A DNA stretch of 64,000 nt from Candidatus Binatia bacterium (lineage in GTDB: Bacteria > Desulfobacterota > Binatia > UBA9968 > JAJDTQ01): contig OY762897.2 of NCBI GenBank assembly GCA_963666515.2, forward strand, positions 1,408,001 through 1,472,000. Direction: 5' to 3'. Below, one piece after another: positions 29,266-38,373 of the stretch (positions within the stretch are counted from its first letter, which is position 1; every line of letters starts with the position of its first letter). Below the pieces are notes generated by a model. That model did no database searches and had not been told where the DNA came from. It was given only the letters and a program-made list of their open reading frames with translations. The translations under genes and the position numbers were made by a program.

Positions 29266-30569
29266 TCCGTCGTACCATCCGCGAATGGGAGCGTATCGGC
29301 TACGGCACGGACGACACTGAGATCCCGGCGTCGCATGCAGATCAAATCGCCGCAGAGGCACGGGCATCGACCTCCTCCGGGCGCGGCGGCGAAGGGGTGT
29401 TGGAACACGGTCGCAAAGGACTACGCGCCCGTGGCGTGGTGGGAGTGATCGCTACGCACGCCTGCCAGCTTGAAATTTTGCCGAAGATTGAGGGTGTGGG
29501 CGAAAGCGACGTGGACCCCGCCACGCTACGCCACCGGCTGATCCACATGCTGGCCGTGGCGCGGGACATCCGGATCGATTTTGGGGCGATTACGCAACTG
29601 GGCTGGCAGCGCGACACGATCCTGGAACTATTGATCCGGCTCTTCTGCGGCAAGCTCGCCGACGCCGTGCGCCACGGCATACCGCAGCAGTACAACGACC
29701 AGGAAGATGACCTCCCCATGCTGCGCGGGCGTCTGAATGTGACGCGGCAATTCTCGACCCTTGCGGTTTCGCCGCAGATGCTGGCGTGCCGGTTCGACGC
29801 GCGCTCGCCCGACATTGCACTCAATCAGGTCATGCGGGCGGCCATCGGCAAATTGTCCCGTCTCGCACGGGCTCCAGACAATCAACGCGCTCTGCGCGAG
29901 TTGAACTTCGTATACGCGGACATCTCGGAGGTCCCCGCGGCAGCCTTGCGTTGGGACCTTATCGTACTCGACCGGACGAACACACGATGGCGAGAGCTTT
30001 TGTCGCTGGCGCGCCTATTTCTGCGTGATCACCACCAGCGGACAAGCGCCGGCCCTATTGACGGCTACGCGCTGCTGTTTGAGATGAACATTCTCTTTGA
30101 GGAATACGTGGGGCGACTGCTCGCCCGCGCGCTCGCGGGCACCGACTTTAGAGTTGTAGCGCAAGGCGGTCACCTCGACTGCCTTTTCGAGGGAGAGACC
30201 GGACGGTTCCGTACACGTCCCGACCTGATCGTCCGGCGAGGCGGCCAGATCGCTCTCATCATCGACACGAAGTGGAAACGCATCACGCGGGCCGACGATC
30301 CCAAACGGGGCGTGAGCCAAGCCGATGTCTACCAGATGATGGCCTACGGCAGGCTATACGACTGCCCACGTGTCATGCTTCTCTATCCGCATCACGGCGA
30401 TTTGCCGCCTGATACAATCCATCAGCGGTATTCCATTGGAGTGCCTGACGCACAGGAGAGCCTATTCGTGGCAACCCTCGACGTCACTGGACCGCACAGG
30501 AGCCACGAAATCGCCCTGAAACACCTGACATGCGCCGTTACCCGAACAGCTTTCGATGAGACGACATAG
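29262..30569 (+). CDS. mcrC: McrC family nuclease subunit
   Basis: LEILPKI, LFEMNILFEEYV, RPDLIV...IIDTKWK...ADVYQMMAYG; ATGA-coupled to mcrB. Confidence 0.9.
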   Translation: MIRRTIREWERIGYGTDDTEIPASHADQIAAEARASTSSGRGGEGVLEHGRKGLRARGVVGVIATHACQLEILPKIEGVGESDVDPATLRHRLIHMLAVARDIRIDFGAITQLGWQRDTILELLIRLFCGKLADAVRHGIPQQYNDQEDDLPMLRGRLNVTRQFSTLAVSPQMLACRFDARSPDIALNQVMRAAIGKLSRLARAPDNQRALRELNFVYADISEVPAAALRWDLIVLDRTNTRWRELLSLARLFLRDHHQRTSAGPIDGYALLFEMNILFEEYVGRLLARALAGTDFRVVAQGGHLDCLFEGETGRFRTRPDLIVRRGGQIALIIDTKWKRITRADDPKRGVSQADVYQMMAYGRLYDCPRVMLLYPHHGDLPPDTIHQRYSIGVPDAQESLFVATLDVTGPHRSHEIALKHLTCAVTRTAFDETT

Positions 30570-30611
30570 CGCTTCGAGACGCGCTGGTGGGGTACGGAAC
30601 CCAGAACCGGA

Positions 30612-30800
30612 TCATGCCGGTTCGCCGCGCTGTTGCGCTGCCGCGGCCAAGCGCTCCTTGAGAGCGCGAAATTGGGGTTCGTCGAGCCCCGTTGCCGACT
30701 TGATCAGATCCCAGCCCACGCCGACTCGCAAAAGGCCTTCCACGGCCTCTACCTTGCCGCGCTGTACGCCTTCCGCCAAAAGTTCGTGAGCATATGCCAT
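30612..30800 (-). CDS. Putative in-frame RpnS small C-terminal protein (62 aa)
   Basis: Internal AAGGAGGAG SD (30806-30814) 5 nt before the in-frame ATG at 30800 (MAYAHELLAEG...). Confidence 0.65.
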   Translation of the reverse strand: MAYAHELLAEGVQRGKVEAVEGLLRVGVGWDLIKSATGLDEPQFRALKERLAAAAQQRGEPA

Positions 30801-31544
30801 GGGTTCTCCTCCTTGGCCGGGTGCATGGCGTCGTACCGCTTCGCCGAATGCCTGCGCTGCCGCCCGGTCCTGCGTCGCTAATACATAGAGCGTGATTATC
30901 CGAATATAGTCCACCGTGCCGCCGGAAACCAGCGACGCCGCCAGCTTGGCGGCCGTCTCCAGCGCTGTGCCCGGGTGCCGGTCAAAGGCCGCCATCATCA
31001 GTAACTGGGCAATGCGGCCCATGGCGGTACCTGTGACATCGCTGGGGTACATTTCCGTCTGGTCCAGCAGCACGTGCTCGAAACGAGGCACCCAGGGGCA
31101 AATACGGAACGCTTCCGGGAACAGGTCCGCGAACTCCGTTGAGTGGCTCCAGCCGCGCGATCCCTGATAGAACACCAGCGGCACGACCGGCCGCAACTCC
31201 GTCCGCCTCGGATCATCGCGCAGGTCTGCATCCCAGATGCGGCAACAGTACTTCAGAAGCCGGAACGGCATCCATATATCCGGTGTCGATTGATGCTCGA
31301 GGAGCATGTAAAGCTGTATGCGCTCCTTCCCCTTCCCGTAGCTGGCATCGAACAACAGGTCGGACTCGCTATGGCGCAACGCGTCGTCCACGAAGGTTCC
31401 CTCCGCAAGTCGCAGACTGTTCCAATCGACGTTCTCGCGGAGATCCTGCGGCACGGCCGCCTGGAGCAGGCTGGCGGCTTCTGTGGCGTTGGAGTAGACC
31501 GCGCGAAACAGCCGGTCATGGGGGTGATCGATTTCTTCTGCCAT
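30612..31544 (-). CDS. Rpn family (YhgA-like) PD-(D/E)XK nuclease
   Basis: HPHDRLFR, SDLLF, YMLLEHQSTPDIWMPFRLLKY, VVPLVFYQG. Confidence 0.9.
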   Translation of the reverse strand: MAEEIDHPHDRLFRAVYSNATEAASLLQAAVPQDLRENVDWNSLRLAEGTFVDDALRHSESDLLFDASYGKGKERIQLYMLLEHQSTPDIWMPFRLLKYCCRIWDADLRDDPRRTELRPVVPLVFYQGSRGWSHSTEFADLFPEAFRICPWVPRFEHVLLDQTEMYPSDVTGTAMGRIAQLLMMAAFDRHPGTALETAAKLAASLVSGGTVDYIRIITLYVLATQDRAAAQAFGEAVRRHAPGQGGEPMAYAHELLAEGVQRGKVEAVEGLLRVGVGWDLIKSATGLDEPQFRALKERLAAAAQQRGEPA

Positions 31545-31818
31545 GAGTGACCCTCCCAGACGTGGACTCCCTGCCCATCAGTTCTGTCTGTCCTATAGAG
31601 AGTGATCGGCACCTCGTGCCGGAACTTAAACCCCAGTCCTGGGCACAGTGGAACAGCCTGCGTAAATTTGCTGGACGGCAATGTCGGAATCACCAACTTT
31701 GACGCTACCCTCGCACCTCTGACGTGCATCCGCTGTCCCACGGCAATTTGCATTCCGGGCCGAAGGTGGTATTTCTCCTGTTGAAAAGACGTGCCGACTA
31801 GCCAAGAGGGAGACGAAC

Positions 31819-32841
31819 ATGGGGAAGATCGACCCTACCGTTAAGGTAATCGACGCGGACGCTCACGCGCGGGACAACGACGACTTGGTCAAGCCGTTCC
31901 TGGGCGAGGCTTTCCAGAACCGGCGTCCGCCGTTCATCCCGCGGGAAACCTACGACCGCAACCTCGGCGGCACCCTGGGCCACGCGGGCATCAAGCACGA
32001 GGAACGCCTGGCCGCCATGGACACCCAGGAAATCCACACCGCGGTCATGTATCCCACCAGCGGGCTGGGCATCGGCCGCATCCGCGAGCCCGGCTACCAG
32101 ACGCAGTTGTGCCGCGCCTACAACGAGTTCATCGCCGACTACTGCAAGGCGTCCCCCCGCCTCAAGGCGGTGGCGAACCTGCCGGTCAATGCCCCGGAGG
32201 CCGCGGCCGAGGAGCTGCGTCACGCGGTCCAGGATCTGGGCCTCGTGGGCGGCATGCTGGCGGCCCAGGGCCACGGCAAGAACTTCGGCACGCCCGAGTA
32301 CTATCCGCTGTACGAGGAGGCGCAGAAGCTCGACACGCCGCTCGCCATCCACGCCTTCGGCGGCGACGAGCCGGGCAGCGAGATCTTCGACCAGTTCATC
32401 TCCATCCACACCACCGGCCACCCGTTCCCGGTGCTGCGGCAGCTCACCGGCATGATCTTCGGCGGCGTCCCCGAGATGTTTCCCGACCTGAAGCTGGGGT
32501 TCCTCGAGATCGGCTGTGGCTGGATACCCTACTGGTCGGACCGGATGGACGAAGAGTGGGAGAAGCGCGGCGCGGTGGAAGCCCCCGAGTGCAAGCAGGA
32601 GCCCAGCCACTACATCACCAGCAGGAACGTGTACTACGGCTGCGAGCCCGACGAGAAGACCATCGGCTACGTGGTGGGGGAGATCGGCTCCGAGACCATC
32701 ATGTACGCCTCGGACTATCCTCATTGGGACATGAGCTGGCCGGAGTCCGGTTCCCTGATCTGGCAGCGGGACGACCTGTCACCGGAAGCGAAACAGAACA
32801 TACTGGGCGACAACGCCCGGCGGTTCTACGGACTCGACTGA
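31819..32841 (+). CDS. Amidohydrolase family (Amidohydro_2, decarboxylase/hydratase-like)
   Basis: IDADAH, YNEFIADYC, LAIH, FPDLKLGFLE, MYASDYPHWD, GDNARRFY. Confidence 0.9.
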   Translation: MGKIDPTVKVIDADAHARDNDDLVKPFLGEAFQNRRPPFIPRETYDRNLGGTLGHAGIKHEERLAAMDTQEIHTAVMYPTSGLGIGRIREPGYQTQLCRAYNEFIADYCKASPRLKAVANLPVNAPEAAAEELRHAVQDLGLVGGMLAAQGHGKNFGTPEYYPLYEEAQKLDTPLAIHAFGGDEPGSEIFDQFISIHTTGHPFPVLRQLTGMIFGGVPEMFPDLKLGFLEIGCGWIPYWSDRMDEEWEKRGAVEAPECKQEPSHYITSRNVYYGCEPDEKTIGYVVGEIGSETIMYASDYPHWDMSWPESGSLIWQRDDLSPEAKQNILGDNARRFYGLD

Positions 32842-32854
32842 GGGAGTGAATTCG

Positions 32855-33604
32855 ATGGCATTGTCCGGCGAAGCCTTTGTACAGGAAATCCAGGAAGCGG
32901 TCCGCGCCAAGCACTCCAAGGACAACCCCTTGATCGGGATGATCGAAAGGGGCGAGATCGATCGGGAGGCGCTCAAGGGGTTCGTGGGCCAGTTCTACCT
33001 CTTCTTCCCCAAGCCCTTTCCCAAGCCCATCGCGGCCATGCTCGGGCGCTGCCCCGACGACCCCGAGCTGGAAAGGATGTGGATCGAGAACGTGGTGGAG
33101 GAGGGCACCGGCGAAATCTCCGGGACCGACAGCCATCGGGGCCTCTTCATTCGTTTCGCCATGTCCTGCGGTTACGAGTCCAAGGCGGAGCTGGACTCGG
33201 TCCAGCCGCTGCCGGAGACTTCCGCGTTCCTCGACTGGCGAGAGCTGCTCATGTACCAGCGCTCGTGGCTGGAACTCTTCGCATGCCAGGGCTTCTGCCT
33301 GGAAGGGACCGCCAGCGAGCGCATGAGCCGCATCGTCACCGGCCTCACGACGCACTACGGCTTCGACCGCGAGAGCGAGGACATCCGCTACTGGACCCTC
33401 CACATGGGAGTGGACGAAGAACACATGAAGGTGGGTCCCGAGGCCGTGCGGAAGTACGCCGTCACCGATCAGCAACAGGAGACGGTGCGCCAGTCGATCC
33501 ACAAGACCCTGGACCAGTTCTGGCTGGCGTTCGACGGCATCAAGCGGGCCTTCGTGGACAAGGACCCGATCTACGCCGGCTGGCGTAACGGCAGTTCCGC
33601 CTGA
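32855..33604 (+). CDS. Heme-oxygenase-like diiron oxidase (CADD/PqqC/TenA fold)
   Basis: Helical protein with ENVVEE...SH, LEG and WTLHMGVDEEH, a candidate diiron ligand set. Confidence 0.75.
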   Translation: MALSGEAFVQEIQEAVRAKHSKDNPLIGMIERGEIDREALKGFVGQFYLFFPKPFPKPIAAMLGRCPDDPELERMWIENVVEEGTGEISGTDSHRGLFIRFAMSCGYESKAELDSVQPLPETSAFLDWRELLMYQRSWLELFACQGFCLEGTASERMSRIVTGLTTHYGFDRESEDIRYWTLHMGVDEEHMKVGPEAVRKYAVTDQQQETVRQSIHKTLDQFWLAFDGIKRAFVDKDPIYAGWRNGSSA

Positions 33605-33643
33605 TACCCGGTCGAACCCGTCAAGCCCTCAGGATACACGACC

Positions 33644-34294
33644 ATGTCCATGATCGATCTCTCGCGGATAATCTACGACGGCATGCCCAAGATTCCGGTG
33701 CTGCCGGACGTGCACGTGCAGCGGTTCTTCGACCTCGGCAAGGGCCATCCGCTGAACGTCACCGAGATTAACCTGCCGTGTCACGCCGGCACCCACGTGG
33801 ACGCCCCGGTCCACATCGTCCCGGACGGCAAGTCCATCGAGGAGCTGTCCCTGGACGCCTTCGTCGGCCCCGGCGCCGTCATCTCGGTGGAGAAGAGCGG
33901 GGGGGAGGAAGTCACCGCCGCGGACCTCGAAGCCTCGGGCGTCACGGTCGAGCGCGGCGACATCCTCATGCTGCACACCGGATGGGACGAGAAATTCGAA
34001 AGTGATGAGTACAATATGCACCCCTATCTGTCCGTCGACGCGGCGGAATGGATCGTCGAGCACGGGGTGAAGCTATTCGGCATCGACTGCATCACGGTGG
34101 ACCTGCCGACCCCGTTGCGGCCCAAGGGGTTCGACTTCCCGGTGCACCGGACGCTGCTGGGGAACGACGTCCTGATCGCCGAAAACGTGACCAATCTCGC
34201 GGCCATCGCGGGCCGGAAGAGCCGCATCATGGCGCTGCCGCTCAAGGTGCAGGGAAGCGACGCGGCCCATGCCCGGATCGTCGCTGAGGTCTAG
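33644..34294 (+). CDS. Cyclase family protein (kynurenine formamidase-like)
   Basis: HAGTHVDAPVH motif, GID, VHRTLL, IAEN. Confidence 0.9.
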   Translation: MSMIDLSRIIYDGMPKIPVLPDVHVQRFFDLGKGHPLNVTEINLPCHAGTHVDAPVHIVPDGKSIEELSLDAFVGPGAVISVEKSGGEEVTAADLEASGVTVERGDILMLHTGWDEKFESDEYNMHPYLSVDAAEWIVEHGVKLFGIDCITVDLPTPLRPKGFDFPVHRTLLGNDVLIAENVTNLAAIAGRKSRIMALPLKVQGSDAAHARIVAEV

Positions 34295-34331
34295 CGTCCC
34301 GTCCGCTTCGTTCCCATGACAAGGTGAAGGT

Positions 34332-35297
34332 ATGCTGGCAAGCCCCATCAGAGGAATCATCGGCGCGGCGCTGACCCCGTTCACGGACGACGGGAAGGTC
34401 GATTACGACGCCCTCGCGCGCGAGATCGAATTTCTCGTGGCCGACTGCGACGCCATCTCCGTGGTGGCCGTCGAAGCCTCGGAATACACGGTGCTGTCCC
34501 TCCAGGAGCGCAAGGAGGTCATGGGGCGCGCCACCGAGATCGTCAACAAGCGCGTGCCGGTCATCCTCGGGGCGTCGAGCCATTCCATCGAGACGGTTCT
34601 CGACCTGGCGGACCATGCCGCCGCGGTGGGCGGCGACCTCATCCAGGTGCTCATGCCCATCCGCCCGTGGGGAGGCCAGCCCACCATCGCGGACCTGGTG
34701 CAATTCTTCACCGAGGTGGCGTCGGTCAGCCCGCTGCCCATCGTCGCCTATCACAACCCCGGCCCGGGCGCCGATCCGCCGCTGGACGCCTTCGTGCGGC
34801 TGAGCGAGCTGGAGAAGGTGGACTACTTCAAGGAAAGCTCGCGCGACATCACCAAGATCACGCGACTCATCGAGCAGGTCCACTTGGCCGGCAAGGCCAA
34901 CTACTTCACCACCATGCAGCCGCTCTTGACGACGCTCATGATGGGCGGCGCCGGCGCCACCATGCCGCCGCCGGGCACGCGCATCGGCGCCAGGGTGGTG
35001 CGCGCCTTCCGGGAGGGCGACATCGACAAGGCGCGCTACTGGCAGCGCTGTTTCACGTTGTTCCCGGGAAAGTGGGGCGCCTACGGGCTGCCGCCGATCA
35101 TGAAGTCGGCGCTCAAGCACTTCGGCGTGGACATCGGCGATCCGGCCCGGCCGTACGCTCCGGTGAATCCTCGGGACCATGCCCAGATCGGTCAGTTCCT
35201 GGGCCAGATCGGCATCCTGGGGGACGCAGAGCCGGACGAAGCGGCCTTCGACCAGGCCGCGGACCAGCTTGCCCAGGAAGACACCTTCCTTCGTTAG
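34332..35297 (+). CDS. Dihydrodipicolinate synthase family class I aldolase/lyase
   Basis: LTPFTDDGKVDYDAL, AYHNP, FKESS (Schiff-base Lys); lacks the DapA GTTGE motif (AVEASE instead). Confidence 0.85.
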   Translation: MLASPIRGIIGAALTPFTDDGKVDYDALAREIEFLVADCDAISVVAVEASEYTVLSLQERKEVMGRATEIVNKRVPVILGASSHSIETVLDLADHAAAVGGDLIQVLMPIRPWGGQPTIADLVQFFTEVASVSPLPIVAYHNPGPGADPPLDAFVRLSELEKVDYFKESSRDITKITRLIEQVHLAGKANYFTTMQPLLTTLMMGGAGATMPPPGTRIGARVVRAFREGDIDKARYWQRCFTLFPGKWGAYGLPPIMKSALKHFGVDIGDPARPYAPVNPRDHAQIGQFLGQIGILGDAEPDEAAFDQAADQLAQEDTFLR

Positions 35298-35303
35298 GCG
35301 CCC

Positions 35304-35513
35304 ATGTCCGGCGGACTGTTCACGTGGATCGCGGAGCCGATCAAGGCATGCTCCGATTTTCTGGTGCTGCTCCTGATCCGCGGCACTTCGCGGTTCGAGT
35401 CCGAGCTGACCGAGGAAGGGCGGCAGGAACAGCGCATGTGGCGGGACCGCCGCATGCGCAGCCTCAAGGGCCTCGCGCTTCGCGCCAGGCGGCGACAGCA
35501 GAAGGCTTCCTGA
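35304..35513 (+). CDS. Small hypothetical protein
   Basis: 69-aa ORF filling the gap in a same-strand run; no recognised motif. Confidence 0.4.
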   Translation: MSGGLFTWIAEPIKACSDFLVLLLIRGTSRFESELTEEGRQEQRMWRDRRMRSLKGLALRARRRQQKAS

Positions 35514-35547
35514 CGGTCACGGGCTTCACGGCGCAACGGGATCAGGG

Positions 35548-36705
35548 ATGCACTACCACAACGGACGCAAACAGATCGTCGTGCTCGGCGGCGGCAGCGG
35601 CGGCGTCGTCGCCGCCACCAAGCTCGGCCGCGCCCTGGGAGCGGACCATGACGTGATCCTCATCGACCGCCGGGCCGATCACGTCTTCATGCCGGCGTTC
35701 CTGTTCCTGATGGTGGGGCAGCGGCGCCCCGAAGACATCACGCGGAAGCTCAAGCGCCTGGAGAAACGCAACATCCGGGTGCTCCAGGCCGAGATACTGG
35801 GGATCGATCCCGCCCGCAGGCAGGTCATCCTCGAAAGCACCGCGATCCCGTACGACTACCTGATCGTGTCCCTGGGCCTCGACGTCAGGCCCGACCTGCT
35901 TCCCGGCTTTGCCGAAGGCGCTGACCACCCCTGGGAGATGGACGCGGCCGTGCGTCTCAAGAGCACCCTCGACGGTTTCCGCGAGGGCCGCGTGCTGGTG
36001 GGCATTCCGCAGGGACCCTACCGCTGTCCGCCCGCTCCATACGAGGCCCAGTGGATGCTGGACAGCTACTTCAAGGAGCGGAACACCCGCGACCTGGTGG
36101 ACCTGCAGTACTTCACCCGGGAGCCCGAGCCCGCCGGCGAGGAGCACGTGCCCTCGGTATGGATGGACGCCCAAAGCAAGAAGCGCAACGTTACCATCCA
36201 CTACGACTTCGTCGCGCAGTCCATCGACGCGGAGAAAAAGACGGTCAAGGGCCTCTACGGCTACGAGCTGTCCTACGACCTGCTGATGATGGTGCCGCCG
36301 CACCGGCCTTCCAGGGTGCTCTACGACTGCGGGCTGGCGGAAAAGGAAACCGGCATCCAGGTGGACTACGACACCCTGGAGACCAAGTGGGAGGACGTCT
36401 ACGCCATCGGCGACTGCGCCGACATGCCGGCCTCCAAGGCCGGCGGCGTGGCGCACCAGGAGGCCGACGTGGTGGCGGAGAACCTGGTGGCGGAGATCAC
36501 CGGGGAAGGGGAGCTGTCCACCCTGCACCTGCACACCATATGACTGCTCTCCTGCGGCGCGGGACGCGCCGCCGCCAACCGCACGACGTACCCCCAGGGT
36601 TGGCCGCCCTTCGGCGCCACCAACTCGCGCTCCTGGGGTCCTTCGCGGATGATCTACTGGAGCAAGGTCCTGTTCGAGAAGTGGTGGCTATGGCGCTACT
36701 TCTGA
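35548..36705 (+). CDS. Sulfide:quinone oxidoreductase-like FAD-dependent oxidoreductase, probable selenoprotein (UGA at 36541-36543)
   Basis: GGGSGG FAD motif, PYRCPPAPYE first Cys, YAIGD...KAG. Frame stays open 53 codons past the UGA and ends WSKVLFEKWWLWRYF, an SQR-type C-terminus. Confidence 0.8.
36554..36572 (+). promoter_or_regulatory. Putative bacterial SECIS hairpin
   Basis: GCGGCGCG-GGA-CGCGCCGC perfect 8-bp stem with a G-led loop, beginning 10 nt after the in-frame UGA. Confidence 0.65.
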
Positions 36706-36723
36706 CCTGCTGACGGCACGGCC

Positions 36724-37761
36724 ATGATCGTTCGCGAGCTTAACGGCGAAAGCTGCAAGACCTACCTGGTCGCCGACGAGGACAGGGGACACGCGGTGCT
36801 GGTTGATCCCCTTTACGCCCACGTCGACCGCTATCTCGCGGTGCTCGCGTACCACCGGCTCCAGCTCGACCTGGTCATCGACACCCACACGCACGCCGAT
36901 CATCTCAGCGGGTGCCCGCAACTGCGTTTCCTGGTCGGGTCCCGGTTCGCCATGCAGAAATGGGCGCCGAGCCCGGCCGTAGACGTCCATCTGGAAGAGG
37001 GCGACGTGATCCCCGTCGGCGATCTCGTGGTGCGCGTTCTCCACACTCCCGGACACACGCCCGACGGCATGAGTCTGCTGGTGGAAGGGAACGTGCTCAC
37101 GGGCGACACGCTGTTCATCGGCGGTTCCGGACGCACCGACTTCGCCGGAGGCGACGCCGGCGCCCAGTTCGACGCCGTGACCCGCAAACTCTTCACGCTC
37201 CCGGACGACACCGTGGTCCGTCCGGGCCACGACTACCGCGGCAACACCTCGTCCACCATCGGCCGGGAGAAACAGACCAACCCGCGGCTCGCGAACCGCA
37301 CCCGCGAAGAATACATCGACCTCATGAACAACCTGGGGCTCTCGCCACCTCAGAACATCCAGGAGGTCCTGCAACCCAACCAGTCCGCCCTCGGTTGCGG
37401 AGAGATCAACTTTCCGGACTGGAGCGAGTTGAAGAAGGTCCGCGAAATCGACGTGACCGCGCTGCAAGGGATGATGGCCTCGGAAAACCGCCCGCTGCTG
37501 GTGGACGTCCGCGAGCCCGCCGAGTACTCCGGCGACCTCGGCCATCTGCCCGGCAGCGTGCTGATCCCGCTCCGGGAACTCATGATCCGCCTGGACGAAA
37601 TCGACGGGAACCGGGCCGGTCCCGTGGTTACCGTGTGCCGCGCCGGCATGCGTAGCGCCACCGCCGCGGCCATCCTCGGCAGGTCCGGCTTCACCGACGT
37701 CTCCAACTTGGCCGGCGGCGTCCTCGCCTGGAACGAGGCCGGCCTGCCGGTGGAACGGTAG
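36724..37761 (+). CDS. Persulfide dioxygenase (ETHE1-like MBL fold)-rhodanese fusion
   Basis: THTHADH, TPGHT, TGDTLF, GRTDF, PGHDY; C-terminal VDVREP...VCRAGMRS...LAGG. Confidence 0.9.
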   Translation: MIVRELNGESCKTYLVADEDRGHAVLVDPLYAHVDRYLAVLAYHRLQLDLVIDTHTHADHLSGCPQLRFLVGSRFAMQKWAPSPAVDVHLEEGDVIPVGDLVVRVLHTPGHTPDGMSLLVEGNVLTGDTLFIGGSGRTDFAGGDAGAQFDAVTRKLFTLPDDTVVRPGHDYRGNTSSTIGREKQTNPRLANRTREEYIDLMNNLGLSPPQNIQEVLQPNQSALGCGEINFPDWSELKKVREIDVTALQGMMASENRPLLVDVREPAEYSGDLGHLPGSVLIPLRELMIRLDEIDGNRAGPVVTVCRAGMRSATAAAILGRSGFTDVSNLAGGVLAWNEAGLPVER

Positions 37762-37825
37762 CCTCGCCGTCGTATGACCGAAAGCCGACCAAGTCAAGCC
37801 ATCCAGGAATACCCCCGTACCGGTC

Positions 37826-38164
37826 ATGCCGAGGAAACCGAAACGCCGACGCCGTTATCCCGACTGGGAGAACACCTGTAACTACTGCCTCCACCTTCAG
37901 TCCGTACCCGGCAGCGCAGGTTCCGGAAACTGCACCTTCCACCGCCAGTGGATCCACCGGTCCGCGTTCAGCACCTGCAGCGACATGAGCGCGCAGCCGC
38001 TGGAGAAGGGCATCTACACCCTGAGCACCAGCGCTTACGGCACATGGAACTACCACCGCCGCCGCGAGCGCGTCAGAGCCCGCCTGTTCCTTGTCCAGGG
38101 CGGAGCAGACGGCACCCGACCTCGGGACACCGAGAACCCCACACGCACCAAGAAACGCGGATAA
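37826..38164 (+). CDS. Hypothetical Cys-rich protein
   Basis: CNYC...C..H...C pattern in a basic 112-aa ORF. Confidence 0.5.
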   Translation: MPRKPKRRRRYPDWENTCNYCLHLQSVPGSAGSGNCTFHRQWIHRSAFSTCSDMSAQPLEKGIYTLSTSAYGTWNYHRRRERVRARLFLVQGGADGTRPRDTENPTRTKKRG

Positions 38165-38214
38165 CCGGATAGGGGAGAGTTCGCCGGATAAGGGCGGGTC
38201 CGCAGCGAGCATCC

Positions 38215-38274
38215 TATATTATGTCAGCTTCCGTATCGGCGCAGAGCCGCCGATACGGAAGTTGACATAATATA
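38215..38274. repeat. 27-bp inverted repeat overlapping the dif-like site
   Basis: Arms 38215-38241 and 38248-38274 with one mismatch; 6-nt loop CAGAGC. Confidence 0.9.
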
Positions 38275-38287
38275 CATTATCAGACAT
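38260..38287 (-). other. dif-like XerC/XerD recombination site
   Basis: ATGTCTGATAA-TGTATA-TTATGTCAACT; 20/28 identical to E. coli dif, including a 16-nt unbroken run; intergenic and between convergent gene blocks. Confidence 0.8.
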
Positions 38288-38373
38288 TGTGTTTGTGTGC
38301 TCAGAGCAGGTGCACGGACCTCTGACAACGCGGGATAAGGGAGTGATGCCGTCGTGGAGAACGGCGACGGACG

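Noticed and set aside
31545-31800. Possible gene fragment upstream of rpn
   Set aside because: Short ORFs on both strands with no recognisable motif.
34332-35297. dapA assignment
   Set aside because: Lacks the GTTGE motif and sits in a non-lysine context.
35548-36543. SQR-like gene as a truncated pseudogene
   Set aside because: The downstream frame is intact with a family-typical C-terminus and a SECIS-like hairpin, so recoding is the simpler reading, though unproven.
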